A stretch of DNA of 64,000 nucleotides from an uncultured cyanobacterium (GCA_963765575.1 CAVXWZ010000011.1:96001-160000); one strand, 5' to 3'; shown: positions 51,700 through 63,010, counted from the stretch's first letter. Numbers and translations: made by a program. Notes: generated by a model not told the origin, from the letters alone.

Positions 51700-52850
51700 C
51701 TACCACGTGTGTGCAGCCGGGGACTGGGGCTCCCAGGGAGCGAAATCCTCTGCAAAACAGCCGTCCTGGATCGCCCGGGCCATGGCGCCGCTGAAGCGCA
51801 CCAGATGGGTGACGTTGTGCAGGCTGAGGAGGATCTTGCCGAGCAGTTCCTCCGCCCTGAGCAGGTGCTGAAGGTAGGCACGGCTGTGGTGCCGGCAGGC
51901 CGGGCAGTCACAGCTGGCATCGAGCGCTCGATGGTCGTGCCGGAAGCGGGCGTTGCGCAGATTCCAGCGCTCCCCGCCCACCAGGGCCGTGCCATGGCGG
52001 CCGAGGCGGGTGGGCAGCACGCAGTCGAACAGATCGAACCCCTGGGCCACGGCCACGGCCATTTCGCGCAGGCTGCCCACCCCCATCAGGTAGTGGGGCC
52101 GCTGCTCCGGCAACAGCGGCCCCAGCTGGCGCAGGATGCGGTGCATCGCCTCCGCCGGCTCGCCCACGCTCACGCCGCCCACGGCGATGCCGGGCAGATC
52201 CATCGAGGCCACCACCCGGGCCGATTCGGCCCGCAACGCCGGGAAGCAGCCTCCCTGCACGATGCCGAACAGCGCCTGGTCGCTGGTCTGATGGCTGGCG
52301 ATGCAGCGCTCCAGCCAGGCGTGGGTGCGCCGGCAGGCGGCGGCCACCTCGTCCTCGCTGGCGGGATAGGGGGGGCACTGGTCAAAGGCCATCGCCACAT
52401 CGGCGCCCAGGGCCATCTGGATCGCCATCGCCCGCTCCGGGGTGAGCTCGATGCGGCGGCCGTCGCGGGGCGAGCGAAAGGTCACCCCCCGGTCGTCGAT
52501 GCGGTTGATGTCCCCCAGACTGAACACCTGATAGCCGCCCGAGTCGGTGAGCAGTGGCCCCTCCCAGCCCATGAACCGATGCAAGCCACCGGCCTCGGCC
52601 ACGATCTCCTCGCCCGGCTGCAGGTGCAGGTGGTAGGTGTTGGCCAGCACCATGCGGGCGCCGGTGTCCCGCAGCTGGGCGGGCGTGATCCCCTTCACCG
52701 TCGCCTGGGTGCCCACCGGCATGAAGCAGGGGGTCTGGAGGCAGCCGTGGGGCGTGTGCAGCAGGCCGCAGCGGGCGCGGTCGCTGGTGCTGCGGGCCGT
52801 GATCGCAAAGCTGAACGGCTGAGCGCCCCCGGAGTTTCCGGGTGAAGCAC
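51700..52850 (-). CDS. tgt: tRNA-guanine transglycosylase
   Basis: [43 protein letters not shown]; similarity extends upstream of 52722 ([12 protein letters not shown]), true start unclear and possibly frameshifted. Confidence 0.94.
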
Positions 52851-52885
52851 TGCCGGGTGAAGCGCCGCCGACGGGAGAGACGGTG

Positions 52886-53707
52886 ATGGGGCCGCAGCAA
52901 AGCTCAGACGACGCTACGCGCCGTGGCGGCGCCGCGCCGGCGTGGCTGCAGGATCTGGCCGGCGCCTGGATCTTCTATTCGGTGCTGCCGGCCTGGCCCG
53001 GCATCGCCCCCCGCTTCCAGCGCATCGCCCGCTTCGCGCCGCTGATCGGCCTGGTGCTCGGCGCCCTGCAGGCGGCGCTGTGGCTGGCCAGCGCGGTCTG
53101 GTTGCCGGCCGGGGCCCGGGTGGCGCTGGTGCTGGCCCTGGCCCTGCTGCTCAGCGGTGGTCTCCATCACGACGGGGCCCTCGACACCGCCGATGGCCTG
53201 GCCGCCGGCCCCCGTGCCCTCGAGGCCATGCAGGACAGCCGGGTGGGGGCCGCGGCGGTGCAGGCGGCGCTGCTGCTGGCGCTGCTGCGGGGCGCCGGTC
53301 TGCTCTGCCTGGCGGCTCTGCCGGCTGCGGTGGGTGCCCTGGCCCTGGTGTGGGCGGCCTTCTGGGGGCGGCTGGCCCCGCTGCTGGCCATGCACCGCTA
53401 CCCCTACCTGCGCCAGGCGCCCGGCGCCGGCGGCAGCGCCGCCTTCCACCGGCGCCACTGGCGCGGCCTGGGCCGCGAACTGCTGCCGGCGCTGCTGGTG
53501 GGCGTGCCCCTGCTGGCCGCCAGCGTGGCGCTCAGGTTGCCGGCGCTGGCGCTGGTGGGCCTGCTGCCGGCGCTGCTGGTGCCCTGGTGGCTGGGGCGCC
53601 GCCTCGGCGGCCACAGCGGCGACAGTTATGGAGCCTGCGTGGAGTGGGGCGAAACCCTGGCGCTGCTGCTCACGGGTCTGCTGGGGCCGTGGGCGGCGGC
53701 AGGCTGA
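52886..53707 (+). CDS. cobS: Adenosylcobinamide-GDP ribazoletransferase
   Basis: [34 protein letters not shown]. Confidence 0.92.
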   Translation: MGPQQSSDDATRRGGAAPAWLQDLAGAWIFYSVLPAWPGIAPRFQRIARFAPLIGLVLGALQAALWLASAVWLPAGARVALVLALALLLSGGLHHDGALDTADGLAAGPRALEAMQDSRVGAAAVQAALLLALLRGAGLLCLAALPAAVGALALVWAAFWGRLAPLLAMHRYPYLRQAPGAGGSAAFHRRHWRGLGRELLPALLVGVPLLAASVALRLPALALVGLLPALLVPWWLGRRLGGHSGDSYGACVEWGETLALLLTGLLGPWAAAG

Positions 53708-54798
53708 GGCGGAAGGCGTTGCCCTGCTCCGGCAGGCAGGGGTCGAGGCGCCGGGGGCAGGTCTCCAGGCCCAGCTCCCCCCCAGCTGCTGGGCCAGCTG
53801 CCGCGCCAGGGAGAGCCCCAGGCCGGAACCGGGCAGATCGTGGCCGCGGGCGCCCCGCTCCCCGCCGCGAAGATCCGCCCCCGTTCGGCCGCGGCGATCG
53901 GCTCGCCGCCGTCCCACACCGTGAGCTCCCAGCCGCCCGCAGCTGACGGCGCCACGTGCAGCCCCACCGCGGTGCCGGCGCGGCTGTAGCGGAAGGCGTT
54001 CTCGAGCAGGTTGGCCAGAATCTCCGCCACGCTGCCGGCATCGCCCCGCCAGCAGGGCAGCTGGGCCGGTGGATGCCAGGCCCGGGACTGCAGCGCCGCG
54101 GTGGCGGCAGCCCGCTCCAGCAGGGGCGGCAGCAGCGCGTCGAGGGGCTGCTGCCGCCCGCCTCCGAGGCTCGGTGGCAGCAGCAGGGGGGTGGCCGTCT
54201 CGGCGGCGCTGAAGGTGGCTTCGCTCCGCCCCAGCTGGTCGATGGCGTCGACATAGCGGCGCAGTTGCTCTTCCTCCCGCAGCAGTCCCTCCACCAGGCT
54301 GCGGTTGCGGCTGTCGCCCTCGAGCCTGCGCAGCAGCAGCTGGGCGAAGGTGCGCAGGGCGGCCAGGGGATTGCGCAGCTGATGCAGAAGCACGCTCAGC
54401 TGCTCCTGCTGGCGGCTGAGCTGCAGCTGCAGGCGCCGGTGCTCGAGATCGAGGCAGAGCGCCTCGGTGAGGCAGAGGGCCACCGACTGCAGGCGCTGCC
54501 GCAGGGGTTCGGGCCAGGGCACCTGGCTGGTTTCCACCTGCAGGGCCCCCAGCAGCACGCCGCCATGGCGCAGGGGCAGCCAGCGCCGGCGCTCCTCGGG
54601 CGCCCGCAGGGGACTGTCCGGCGCCAGCGGCGGCAGCACCAGACCACCATGGGGCCACTGACCCACCGGCACCAGGCTGGGGGTCTCAGTGGGCCCCGGC
54701 TCGGTCACATAGACCACCAGGGAGGCCACGTCGCCGCGGTCGGCGAACTGGGCGAGCTGGAAGTTCAGCAGGTTCAGAAACCGCTGAGAGACTGCCAT
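53670..54798 (-). CDS. Sensor histidine kinase (C-terminus broken by apparent indels near 53865 and 53780)
   Basis: H-box LHQLRNPLAAL, N-box NLLENAFRYS, D-box VWDGG; G2 'PGSGLGLSLAR' and 'GNAFRLSLP' in neighbouring frames. Confidence 0.9.
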
Positions 54799-54885
54799 CG
54801 GCTTCGCTGGGACGTCCATCAACCGGTCTGCTGAAAAAAATCTGCAGCCTGGGGGTTAATTCCGAAAAAACGACTTAGGATGCTC

Positions 54886-54973
54886 GTATCGACCACTACC
54901 GCGCGATTTGCGAGCGGGCAGTCAGGTCGCCGACGCCATGGGCCGAGTTGCGCTTCGTCGTAACCGAGGCTAC
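54886..54973. promoter_or_regulatory. Two GTA-N8-TAC NtcA-type boxes (54886-54899, 54960-54973)
   Basis: GTATCGACCACTAC and GTAACCGAGGCTAC; the first is 4 nt downstream of a -10-like TAGGAT (54876-54881). Confidence 0.5.
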
Positions 54974-55208
54974 AGCAGAGGAACGGTCAGGTTCCGGGAC
55001 ACCGGATCCTGCATCGCCCAACTGCTCAGGGGTTCCGAATGGGCTGGACCCCCCGACCGCGCCGGTGCTCCTGAAGCCATCGCCGTGATCGCCAGGCTGG
55101 ACGTCCATGGCTGGAGCCCCCTGGGGCTCCGGCTCGGTCTGCGGGTCCGCCCCGCCCCTGTTCTCCCCCCACCTATTCCTCGATCCTCCCGCTGCCGGGA
55201 GTTACCTG

Positions 55209-55580
55209 ATGTCCAAGAAGCGCAAGCGGATCAGCCGCCGCCGTCTGGCCGGTCAGCGGGTGCTGGCCCACGTCCCCACCTTCAACCTCGAAACCGGCTC
55301 CCACAAGCCCGTCACCGCCGCCCGTCGCTACATCGCCGAGCAGATGCTGGTGCCGCCGGCCCTGCTCAACGTGCGCCGCAACGAGCACACCACCGATCGC
55401 TTCTTTTGGGGTGAGAAGGGGCTGTTCAGCGCTCAGTACGCCGAAGAGAACCACTTCCTGTTCCCCTCCCTGCGCGAGATCGTCGACGGCATCGGTGAGG
55501 AGGTGTTGTTTGAAGGCATCGAGGCCCTGGCGTCCGACGACTGGGAGGAGATGGAGGAGTACGAGTACGCCTTCGTCTGA
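55209..55580 (+). CDS. DUF3155 cyanobacterial conserved protein
   Basis: MSKKRKRISRRRLAGQRVL...KPVTAARRYI...RRNEHTTDRFFWGEKGLFSAQYAEENHFLFPSL. Confidence 0.85.
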   Translation: MSKKRKRISRRRLAGQRVLAHVPTFNLETGSHKPVTAARRYIAEQMLVPPALLNVRRNEHTTDRFFWGEKGLFSAQYAEENHFLFPSLREIVDGIGEEVLFEGIEALASDDWEEMEEYEYAFV

Positions 55581-55596
55581 TCCGCCCTGGGTCCGA

Positions 55597-56253
55597 TCAC
55601 CCCGCCCTGCGCCAGCAATCCTCCAGGAAGCTGCGCAGGGCGGGAACGAGGCTGGCATCAATGGTGTGACCGCCGGCGAAGCCGATCAGCTCCACCTTCC
55701 GGCCGCTGTCCTGCAGCCCTTGCTGCAGCGCTTCGCTGGCCCCATAGGGCACCACCGGGTCCATGCGGCCGTGGGTGAGCAGTACGGCTGCGGCGCTCAG
55801 TGCCCCTGGACGCCAGTCGGGGTGGGGGTAGCCGCTGCAGCCGATCACCCCGGCCAGCGGCAGGCCAGCGCCGCCCGTCACCAGGTCCACGGCCAGGGCC
55901 GCCCCCTGGGAGAAGCCCAGCAGCACCGTGTTCGCGAGGGGCAGGTCCGCGTCCAGGGCCAGCAGGCGCTGGCGCAGCTGCTCCCGGGCCGCCGGCAGCT
56001 GCGGCCAACCCGGCTGCTGCAGGTCGTACCACTGGCGCCCGCCACCGGCCGGATGGGGCAGCGGTGCCCGCAGGGCCACCAGGCTCAGCTCCGGCCCCAC
56101 CAGCATCTCGCCGAGGTCCACCAGGTCGTCGGCATCGGCCCCCCAGCCGTGCAGCAGCACCAGGCGGCGCGGGGCCGCGGCCGGTCCCCGCGTGATCCGG
56201 TCCGAATCCCCGGCTGCCGGCTGGGGATCCCAGCCCCCACGCTCCTGGTTCAT
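55597..56253 (-). CDS. Phospholipase/carboxylesterase alpha/beta hydrolase
   Basis: LLHGWGADADDL, GFSQG, HGRMDPVVP, GGH. Confidence 0.9.
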   Translation of the reverse strand: MNQERGGWDPQPAAGDSDRITRGPAAAPRRLVLLHGWGADADDLVDLGEMLVGPELSLVALRAPLPHPAGGGRQWYDLQQPGWPQLPAAREQLRQRLLALDADLPLANTVLLGFSQGAALAVDLVTGGAGLPLAGVIGCSGYPHPDWRPGALSAAAVLLTHGRMDPVVPYGASEALQQGLQDSGRKVELIGFAGGHTIDASLVPALRSFLEDCWRRAG

Positions 56254-56331
56254 GGCGCTCTCCTGGGCCTGGGCGACGGATGCCGCAATGCTGCTGCGTA
56301 GGTTGGCCCTACTGCTGTCCGATTGCGAGCC

Positions 56332-57912
56332 ATGGCGCCCACGGCCCTCCTGAGCGTCTCCAACAAGGACGGTCTGGTGCCCCTGGCCCAGGGGTTGCTG
56401 GCGGCCGGCTACCAGCTGATCTCCAGCGGCGGCACCGCCTCGGCCCTGCAGGCGGCTGGCCTGCCTGTCACCCGGGTCGCCGACCACACCGGAGCGCCGG
56501 AGATCCTCGGCGGTCGGGTCAAAACGCTCCATCCCCGCATCCACGGCGGCATCCTGGCGCGCCGCTCGGAGGCCTCCCACCAGGCCGATCTCGCTGGCCA
56601 GGGCATCGCCCCGATCGACGTGGTGGTGGTGAATCTCTACCCCTTCCGCGAAACGGTGGCCGACCTCGCCGTGGCCTTCGACACCGCCATCGAGACCATC
56701 GACATCGGCGGACCGGCCATGGTGCGCGCCGCCGCCAAGAACCATGCCGATGTGGCCGTGCTCACCAGCCCCGGCCAATACGACGCCTTCCTGGCCGCCC
56801 TCCGCGACGGGCGGGTGGACGAGGCCCTGCGCCGGGAGCTGGCCCTGGCGGCCTTTGATCACACCGCCCGCTACGACGCCGCCATCAGCAGCTGGCTGGC
56901 GAGTCGCCTGGTTGACCAGCGCACCGCAGCCGTTTCGGATCCCGGTGCGGCCGCGGGCCAGGCTGACCCGCTGCAGCTGGAGCTGCCCCCCCGCCAGTCC
57001 CTGCGCTACGGGGAGAACCCCCACCAGCCGGCCCTCTGGTACGGCCAGAGCGATGCCGGCTGGGGAGCGGCGCGCCAGCTGCAGGGCAAGGAGCTCAGCT
57101 ACAACAACCTGATCGACCTCGACGCCGCCCTGGCCACGGTGCGCGAGTTTGGCTACGGCGGCACGGCCCAGCCGGCGGCGGTGGTGGTGAAGCACACCAA
57201 TCCCTGCGGCGTGGCCGTGGGCAGCGGCGGCGCCAACGCCCTGGAGCGGGCCCTGAATGCCGATCGCCTCTCGGCCTTCGGCGGCATCGTGGCCATGAAC
57301 ATGCCGGTGGACGCCGCCGCCGCGGCGTTGCTCAGCGGCCTGTTCCTGGAGTGTGTGGTGGCGCCGGGTTTTGATGACGCTGCCCGCGAGCAGCTGGCGG
57401 CCAAGGCCAACCTGCGGCTGCTGGAGCTCGACGCCGAGGCCATCGCCAGGGCCCCGCGGCGCCAGCTGCGCAGCGTGCTCGGCGGCGTGCTCGCCCAGGA
57501 CCTCGACGACGCCGCCGTGGACGAGAGCGGCTGGCAGGTGGTGAGTGAGCGCCAGCCGGCGATCGAGGAATTCGACGACCTGCGCTTCGCCTGGAAACTG
57601 GCGCGCCATGTGCGCTCCAACGCCATCGTGGTGGCCCGGGACGGCCAGAGCCTGGGCATCGGTGCCGGCCAGATGAACCGGGTGGGGTCGGCCCGGCTGG
57701 CCCTGGAGGCCGCGGCGGCGGCGGCCCGGGGGGCCGTGTTGGCCAGCGACGGCTTTTTCCCCTTCGACGACACGGTGCGACTGGCGGCCCAGCACGGCAT
57801 CCAGGCGGTGATTCAGCCGGGTGGCAGCGTGCGCGACGCCGATTCGATCGCGGCCTGCAACGAGCTGGGCCTGGTGATGGTGGTCACCGGCCGCCGGCAC
57901 TTCCTGCACTGA
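56332..57912 (+). CDS. purH: Bifunctional AICAR transformylase/IMP cyclohydrolase
   Basis: ALLSVSNK, GRVKTLHP, IDIGGPAM, LRYGENPHQ, KHTNPCG, ASDGFFPF, RHFLH. Confidence 0.97.
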   Translation: MAPTALLSVSNKDGLVPLAQGLLAAGYQLISSGGTASALQAAGLPVTRVADHTGAPEILGGRVKTLHPRIHGGILARRSEASHQADLAGQGIAPIDVVVVNLYPFRETVADLAVAFDTAIETIDIGGPAMVRAAAKNHADVAVLTSPGQYDAFLAALRDGRVDEALRRELALAAFDHTARYDAAISSWLASRLVDQRTAAVSDPGAAAGQADPLQLELPPRQSLRYGENPHQPALWYGQSDAGWGAARQLQGKELSYNNLIDLDAALATVREFGYGGTAQPAAVVVKHTNPCGVAVGSGGANALERALNADRLSAFGGIVAMNMPVDAAAAALLSGLFLECVVAPGFDDAAREQLAAKANLRLLELDAEAIARAPRRQLRSVLGGVLAQDLDDAAVDESGWQVVSERQPAIEEFDDLRFAWKLARHVRSNAIVVARDGQSLGIGAGQMNRVGSARLALEAAAAAARGAVLASDGFFPFDDTVRLAAQHGIQAVIQPGGSVRDADSIAACNELGLVMVVTGRRHFLH

Positions 57913-57956
57913 GCGGTTGTAGCTTCATTGCCACGCTTCACCCCGGCCCCCGACCC

Positions 57957-58421
57957 ATGCCCGAGTCGCTCGCCTTCAACCTCAACTTCCTGCATCCACT
58001 GCTGATGCTGGGGGTGCTGGCCCTGGCCGGCTACAGCATGCTGCTGGGCATCAAGGCCAAGAAGACGCGCACCGCCGATGCCGAGGCGCGCAAGCAGCTG
58101 ATCAAGGGGCAGTTTGCCCGTCGCCACTTCCAGATGGGCAGCATCCTGCTGGCGCTGATCGTGCTGGGTTGCTTCGGCGGCATGGCGGTGACCTACCTCA
58201 ACAACGGCAAGCTGTTCGTGGGGCCCCACCTGCTGGTGGGGATCGCCATGGTCTGCCTGATCGCCCTGGCGGTGTCGCTGACCCAGCAGATGCAGCAGGG
58301 CAACCTGATCGCCCGCAAGGTCCATGTGGGGTTGAACATGGCGATGATGACCCTGTTCCTCTGGCAGGCCTTCAGCGGCCTGCAGATCCTCAACAAGATC
58401 TGGGACAACCGGCCGGTCTGA
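57957..58421 (+). CDS. DUF4079 membrane protein
   Basis: 4 TMs; HPLLM, RHFQMGS, NNGKLFVGPHL, HVGLN. Confidence 0.8.
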   Translation: MPESLAFNLNFLHPLLMLGVLALAGYSMLLGIKAKKTRTADAEARKQLIKGQFARRHFQMGSILLALIVLGCFGGMAVTYLNNGKLFVGPHLLVGIAMVCLIALAVSLTQQMQQGNLIARKVHVGLNMAMMTLFLWQAFSGLQILNKIWDNRPV

Positions 58422-58500
58422 GGGTCCCCTTTGTCTGTCACCTCCTCCTGGGTGCCGCGCAGCTGGACTCGCAGCTCGACTCAGACCTGGGCTCGGCTCC

Positions 58501-59208
58501 TCAGAACTGGGCCCGGCGTCGTGGTGGACAGTCCAGCCCGAGGCTGGTGTGGAAGTCGCCCTGCACCTTCCAGGTGAGCCGCCGGGAGATCTGGCGCACG
58601 ATCTGGCGCAGCAGGTGCTCGCCGCTGCTCTGCAGCAGCCCCGCCGGCAGCAGGCTGACCACGGCGGGCAGCCGGATCCACACGCTCAGGTCGAGTTCCC
58701 AGCGCACCAGGGTGAGATCGCTGTCGGGTTGGTCGAGCTGCAGGGCGGCGTTGAACTCCACGTCGTAGAGGCCATCGAGACTGCCCTCGCTGGGCGGTGC
58801 TGGCACCGTGATGATGCGGTAGATGCCCTCGCTCTGGGGCAGCAGTTCCAGGGCGATCGTGGGCTCCACGTCAAAGCCGAAATTGCCGAAGCGGCCCAGG
58901 GTGAGCCGGTAGCCGTTGTCGCCCAGGCCCTGCACCGGCATCGGCGCCGCGCAGCGCCGGAACCAGCCCTCATGGCGATCGAGATAGGAGGCCACGGCGG
59001 CCGCGCCGGCGCGCATCTCCATCAGGTCGGCGAAGTTGCTGGCGTAGCGGTGCACGCGCGCATCGTCGTTGTCCCGCAGCCGGGGGCCGCCGGGGCCAAT
59101 GCTGGGCAGGGGCGCGGAGGCCATTGCTTCGGTGGCCAGGGGGCCCCTCGCCAGGGCGTCGGTGGGGCCGGGCAGCAGCGGACTCGACGACAGCAAGGGC
59201 TCAGCCAC
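58501..59208 (-). CDS. DUF1997 family protein
   Basis: YLDRHEGWFRRCAAPM, GRFGNFGFDVEP, RQISRRLTWKVQ.DFH; start may be 59124. Confidence 0.82.
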   Translation of the reverse strand: MAEPLLSSSPLLPGPTDALARGPLATEAMASAPLPSIGPGGPRLRDNDDARVHRYASNFADLMEMRAGAAAVASYLDRHEGWFRRCAAPMPVQGLGDNGYRLTLGRFGNFGFDVEPTIALELLPQSEGIYRIITVPAPPSEGSLDGLYDVEFNAALQLDQPDSDLTLVRWELDLSVWIRLPAVVSLLPAGLLQSSGEHLLRQIVRQISRRLTWKVQGDFHTSLGLDCPPRRRAQF

Positions 59209-59244
59209 TGGCGAACATGAACCAATGTAAAGCGCCTGGGGCGT

Positions 59245-60441
59245 TTAGTCCCCGCTGAGTTCGATCAATTGCTCGATCACCGCCTCGACGATGCGGTCGG
59301 GGGTGGAGGCACCGGAGGTGATACCCACCCGGATCGGACCTGCCGGCAGGAATGGCTCCTCCAGTTCCAGATCGCCGCCCAGGGGCTTGTGGGCGATGCG
59401 GTTGCCGGGGCCGATGCGCTCGGGCGTGTCGATGTGGAAGGAGCGGATGCCGCGGCTCACGGCGATCTCCTGCAGGTGGGTGGTGTTGGAGGAGTTGTAG
59501 CCGCCGATCACCACCATCAGATCAAGCGGTTCGTCCACCAGGGAGAACATCGCGTCCTGGCGCTCCTGGGTGGCATCGCAGATGGTGTTGAAGGCCAGGA
59601 AGTGGTCGTTGAGGTGGATCGGGCCGTAGCGCTGCAGCATGGTGCGCTCGAACAGCTTGCCGATCTCCTCGGTTTCGCTCTTGAGCATGGTGGTCTGGTT
59701 GGCCACCCCCACCCGCACCAGGTCGACCTCGGGGTCGAAGCCAGGCGAGCAGGCCGTGGCGAAGCGGTCCATGAACGCCTCGCGGTCGCCCTTGCCGAGG
59801 ATGTAGTCGCTCACCAGCTGGGCTTCGGCCAGGTCGAGCACCACCAGGTAGGTGCCGGCAAAGGAGCTGGTGGCGAGGGTTTCCTCGTGCTTCACCTTGC
59901 CGTGGATGATCGAGGTGAAGGCGTGCTTCTTGTGCTTCTCCACGGTGTTCCACACCTTCGACACCCACGGACAGGTGGTGTCGACGATGTGGCAGCCAAG
60001 CTCGTTGAGCAGCTGCATCTCCTGCACCGTGGCGCCAAAGGCCGGCAGGATCACCACGTCGCCGCTGGCCACGTCGGAGAAGTCCTTCACGCCCCCCTCC
60101 ACGGCGATGAACTGCACGTTCATCTCGCGCAGATGGTCGTTCACCGAGGGGTTGTGGATGATCTCGTTGGTGATCCAGATCCGCTCGCTGGGGTAGTGGC
60201 GGCGGGTTTCGTAGGCCATGGCCACGGCGCGCTCCACACCCCAGCAGAAACCGAAGGCCTCGGCCAGGCGAACCGTCAGCCGGCCCCGGCGCAGCTCGTA
60301 GCCGTTGGTGCGCAGGGCGCCCACCAGGTCGCTCTGGTAGGCCGTCTCCAGGCTGCCCGCCACCTCCTCGCCCAGCCCGAAGCCACGGCGGTTGTAGCGG
60401 TCTGAGTGGTGCAGGGAACGCTTGAAAGCCCGGGTATCCAC
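59245..60441 (-). CDS. ispH: 4-hydroxy-3-methylbut-2-enyl diphosphate reductase
   Basis: [51 protein letters not shown]. Confidence 0.97.
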   Translation of the reverse strand: MDTRAFKRSLHHSDRYNRRGFGLGEEVAGSLETAYQSDLVGALRTNGYELRRGRLTVRLAEAFGFCWGVERAVAMAYETRRHYPSERIWITNEIIHNPSVNDHLREMNVQFIAVEGGVKDFSDVASGDVVILPAFGATVQEMQLLNELGCHIVDTTCPWVSKVWNTVEKHKKHAFTSIIHGKVKHEETLATSSFAGTYLVVLDLAEAQLVSDYILGKGDREAFMDRFATACSPGFDPEVDLVRVGVANQTTMLKSETEEIGKLFERTMLQRYGPIHLNDHFLAFNTICDATQERQDAMFSLVDEPLDLMVVIGGYNSSNTTHLQEIAVSRGIRSFHIDTPERIGPGNRIAHKPLGGDLELEEPFLPAGPIRVGITSGASTPDRIVEAVIEQLIELSGD

Positions 60442-60468
60442 AGTCGCCGCCGCTTGGTTGGGCCGACT

Positions 60469-61308
60469 CTATGGGCGCTGTCCCCGTTCCTGGCGATCCA
60501 CCCCCGGCTCACGGGCTTCCACAGCGGCCAGTCCCAGCCAGCTGATGCCGCCATCCTCGAAGCTGTAGATGCAGGGCAGCACCTCCACTCCGGCGGCCAG
60601 GGCGGCCCGGAACAGCTCGCCGTAGCGGGGGTCGGCCGAATCCCCCGGCGCGAAGCGGCGGACATCTCCCCGGCTCAGGCAGGGCACCAGCACGGCCCGG
60701 GCCGCGGGCTGCAGGGCCGCCAGTTCCTGCAGATGCTTCTGGCCCCGCTCGGTCACGGTGTCGGGAAACAGGGCCAGGTCGCCGCGGGTCCAGGTGGTGT
60801 TCTTCACCTCCAGGTAGATCGGCCGCGGATCGGCGGCGGTCGCCGCCGGCGTCAGCAGCAGGTCGATGCGGCTGCGCCGATCCTGGCCATAGGGCACCTC
60901 GGCGCGGATGGCGCCGACCGGCCCCAGCCAGGGCTCCAGGCAGCCGGCCTCGATCGTGGCCCGCACCAGGCGGTTGGGCAGCGCCGTGTTGATGCCCACC
61001 CAGATGGGCGTGCCGCCGGCGCCGAGCACCTGCGCCTGCTCCCAGGTCCAGGCCAACTTGCGGCTCGGCGACGGGGCATGGCGCAGGCGCACGCGGCCGC
61101 CGGGATGCAACACCCCGGTCATCGGCCCGGTGTTGGGGCAGTGGGCCGTGACCACAGCCCCTGCCGGCTCCGCTCCGGGCCCCGGCTGCAGCAGTTCGAC
61201 ATCGGCCAGAAAGCGCTTGTAGCGCCTCAGCAGCAGCCCCTCCACCAGCGGGCCCGGGTCGAGGATCGGCATCGGCATCGGCTGGGGACCGCAGGGGGCG
61301 GCGGCCAT
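60469..61308 (-). CDS. sfsA: SfsA sugar fermentation stimulation protein / nuclease
   Basis: RRYKRFLADV, HCPNTGPM, SRIDLLL, YLEVKN, FPDTVTERGQKHL. Confidence 0.93.
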   Translation of the reverse strand: MAAAPCGPQPMPMPILDPGPLVEGLLLRRYKRFLADVELLQPGPGAEPAGAVVTAHCPNTGPMTGVLHPGGRVRLRHAPSPSRKLAWTWEQAQVLGAGGTPIWVGINTALPNRLVRATIEAGCLEPWLGPVGAIRAEVPYGQDRRSRIDLLLTPAATAADPRPIYLEVKNTTWTRGDLALFPDTVTERGQKHLQELAALQPAARAVLVPCLSRGDVRRFAPGDSADPRYGELFRAALAAGVEVLPCIYSFEDGGISWLGLAAVEAREPGVDRQERGQRP

Positions 61309-61356
61309 ACTGCCGCTGATCTCCGCGGGCCCCGGGCTCGAACGACCGGCCCTGCC

Positions 61357-62979
61357 ATGGCCCCATCGCTGCGTCGCATCGCCCTGATCGTGGCCGCGGC
61401 CACCGCCCTCTCCAAGGTGGCCGGGCTGGTGCGCCAGCAGGTGATCGCCGCCGCCTTCGGGGTGGGATCGGCCTACGACGCCTACAACTACGCCTATGTG
61501 CTGCCCGGCTTTCTGCTGATCCTGCTCGGCGGCATCAACGGCCCCTTCCACAGCGCCATGGTCAGCGTGCTGGCCCGGCGTCCGCGCCAGGAGGGGGCCC
61601 ACGTGCTGGCGTCGATCAACACGCTGGTGGGGGCCGGTCTGATCGTGGTGACCGTGGTGTTGCTGGTGGCGGCCGATCCCCTGATCCGACTGGTGGGTCC
61701 GGGGCTGACCCCCGAGGTGCATGCCATCGCCGTGGTGCAGCTGCGCTGGATGGCGCCCATGGCCCTGTTCGCCGGCCTCATCGGCCTGGGCTTCGGGGCC
61801 CTCAACGCCGCCGATGTGTTCTGGCTGCCCTCGGTGAGTCCGATGCTCTCCAGCCTGTCGGTGATCGCCGGCCTGGCCCTGCTCTGGTGGCAGCTGGGGC
61901 CAGCGATCGCCCTGCCGGAGCAGGCGCTGCTGGGTGGCGTGGTGCTGGCGGGCACCACCACCGTGGGCGCGGTGCTGCAATGGCTGATCCAGCTGCCGGA
62001 GCTGATGCGCCGGGGCCTGCACCAGTTCCGGCTGGTGTGGGACTGGCGTGACCCCGGGGTGCGCGAGGTGCTGCAGGTGATGGCCCCGGCCACCCTGTCC
62101 TCGGGGATGCTGCAGATCAATGTCTTCGTGTCCCTGTTCTTCGCTTCGGGGATCCCGGCTGCGGCGGCTGGCCTGGGCTACGCCAACCTGTTGGTGCAGA
62201 CCCCCCTGGGGCTGATCTCCAACGCCCTGCTGGTGCCGCTGCTGCCGCTCTACGCGCGGCTCACGGCACCGGCGGACCGGCCCGAACTGGTGCAGCGCGT
62301 GCGCCAGGGCCTGATGCTCTCCAACGCTTCGATGCTGCCGCTGGGGGCGCTGATGGTGGCCCTGGCCGGGCCCATCGTGGCGCTGGTCTATGAGCGTGGC
62401 GCCTTTGATCAGAACGCCGCCACCCTGGTGGGCCAGCTGCTGATGGCCTATGGCATCGGCATGCCGGCCTACCTGGCCCGGGACGTGCTGGTGCGCGTGT
62501 TCTACGCCCTCGGCGACGGCGTCACCCCGTTCCGTTGGTCGCTGGCGGGTATCGGCCTCAACGCCATCTTCTGCTGGATCTTCGTGGGCGGCCCGACGCC
62601 CTGGAACCCCCAGCTGTTGCCGGGGATCTATTTCGGTGCCGCTGGTCTGGTGCTGGCCACCGTGGCGGTGAACCTGATCACCTCCGCGGGCCTGCTGCTG
62701 GCCCTGCAACGGCGCCTGGGCGGCCTGCCGCTGCGGGCCTGGGGGCGGGACACGCTGCTGCTGGCGCTGGCGGCGTTGCTGGCGGCCGTAGCCGCCTGGG
62801 TCATGGCCGGCCTCGTGAGCTGGCCCTCAAGCCTCTGGGGCCGGCTGCTGCAGACCGGCCTGAGCAGTGGCGTGGGTCTGGTGATCTACGGGGCCGTTGC
62901 CGGTGCCGCCGGCGTGCCCGAAGCCCAACAGGTGATCGCCATGGTGGGGCGCCGCCTGCCGCTGTCCTGGCGCCGCTGA
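61357..62979 (+). CDS. murJ: Lipid II flippase
   Basis: LSKVAGLVRQQVIAAAFG, GGINGPFHSA, LYERGAF-like 'VYERGAFD', VRVFYALGDG.TP. Confidence 0.95.
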   Translation: MAPSLRRIALIVAAATALSKVAGLVRQQVIAAAFGVGSAYDAYNYAYVLPGFLLILLGGINGPFHSAMVSVLARRPRQEGAHVLASINTLVGAGLIVVTVVLLVAADPLIRLVGPGLTPEVHAIAVVQLRWMAPMALFAGLIGLGFGALNAADVFWLPSVSPMLSSLSVIAGLALLWWQLGPAIALPEQALLGGVVLAGTTTVGAVLQWLIQLPELMRRGLHQFRLVWDWRDPGVREVLQVMAPATLSSGMLQINVFVSLFFASGIPAAAAGLGYANLLVQTPLGLISNALLVPLLPLYARLTAPADRPELVQRVRQGLMLSNASMLPLGALMVALAGPIVALVYERGAFDQNAATLVGQLLMAYGIGMPAYLARDVLVRVFYALGDGVTPFRWSLAGIGLNAIFCWIFVGGPTPWNPQLLPGIYFGAAGLVLATVAVNLITSAGLLLALQRRLGGLPLRAWGRDTLLLALAALLAAVAAWVMAGLVSWPSSLWGRLLQTGLSSGVGLVIYGAVAGAAGVPEAQQVIAMVGRRLPLSWRR

Positions 62980-63010
62980 CGTTGGCGCGGGGGGCGCGGA
63001 GTCGCCAGCC

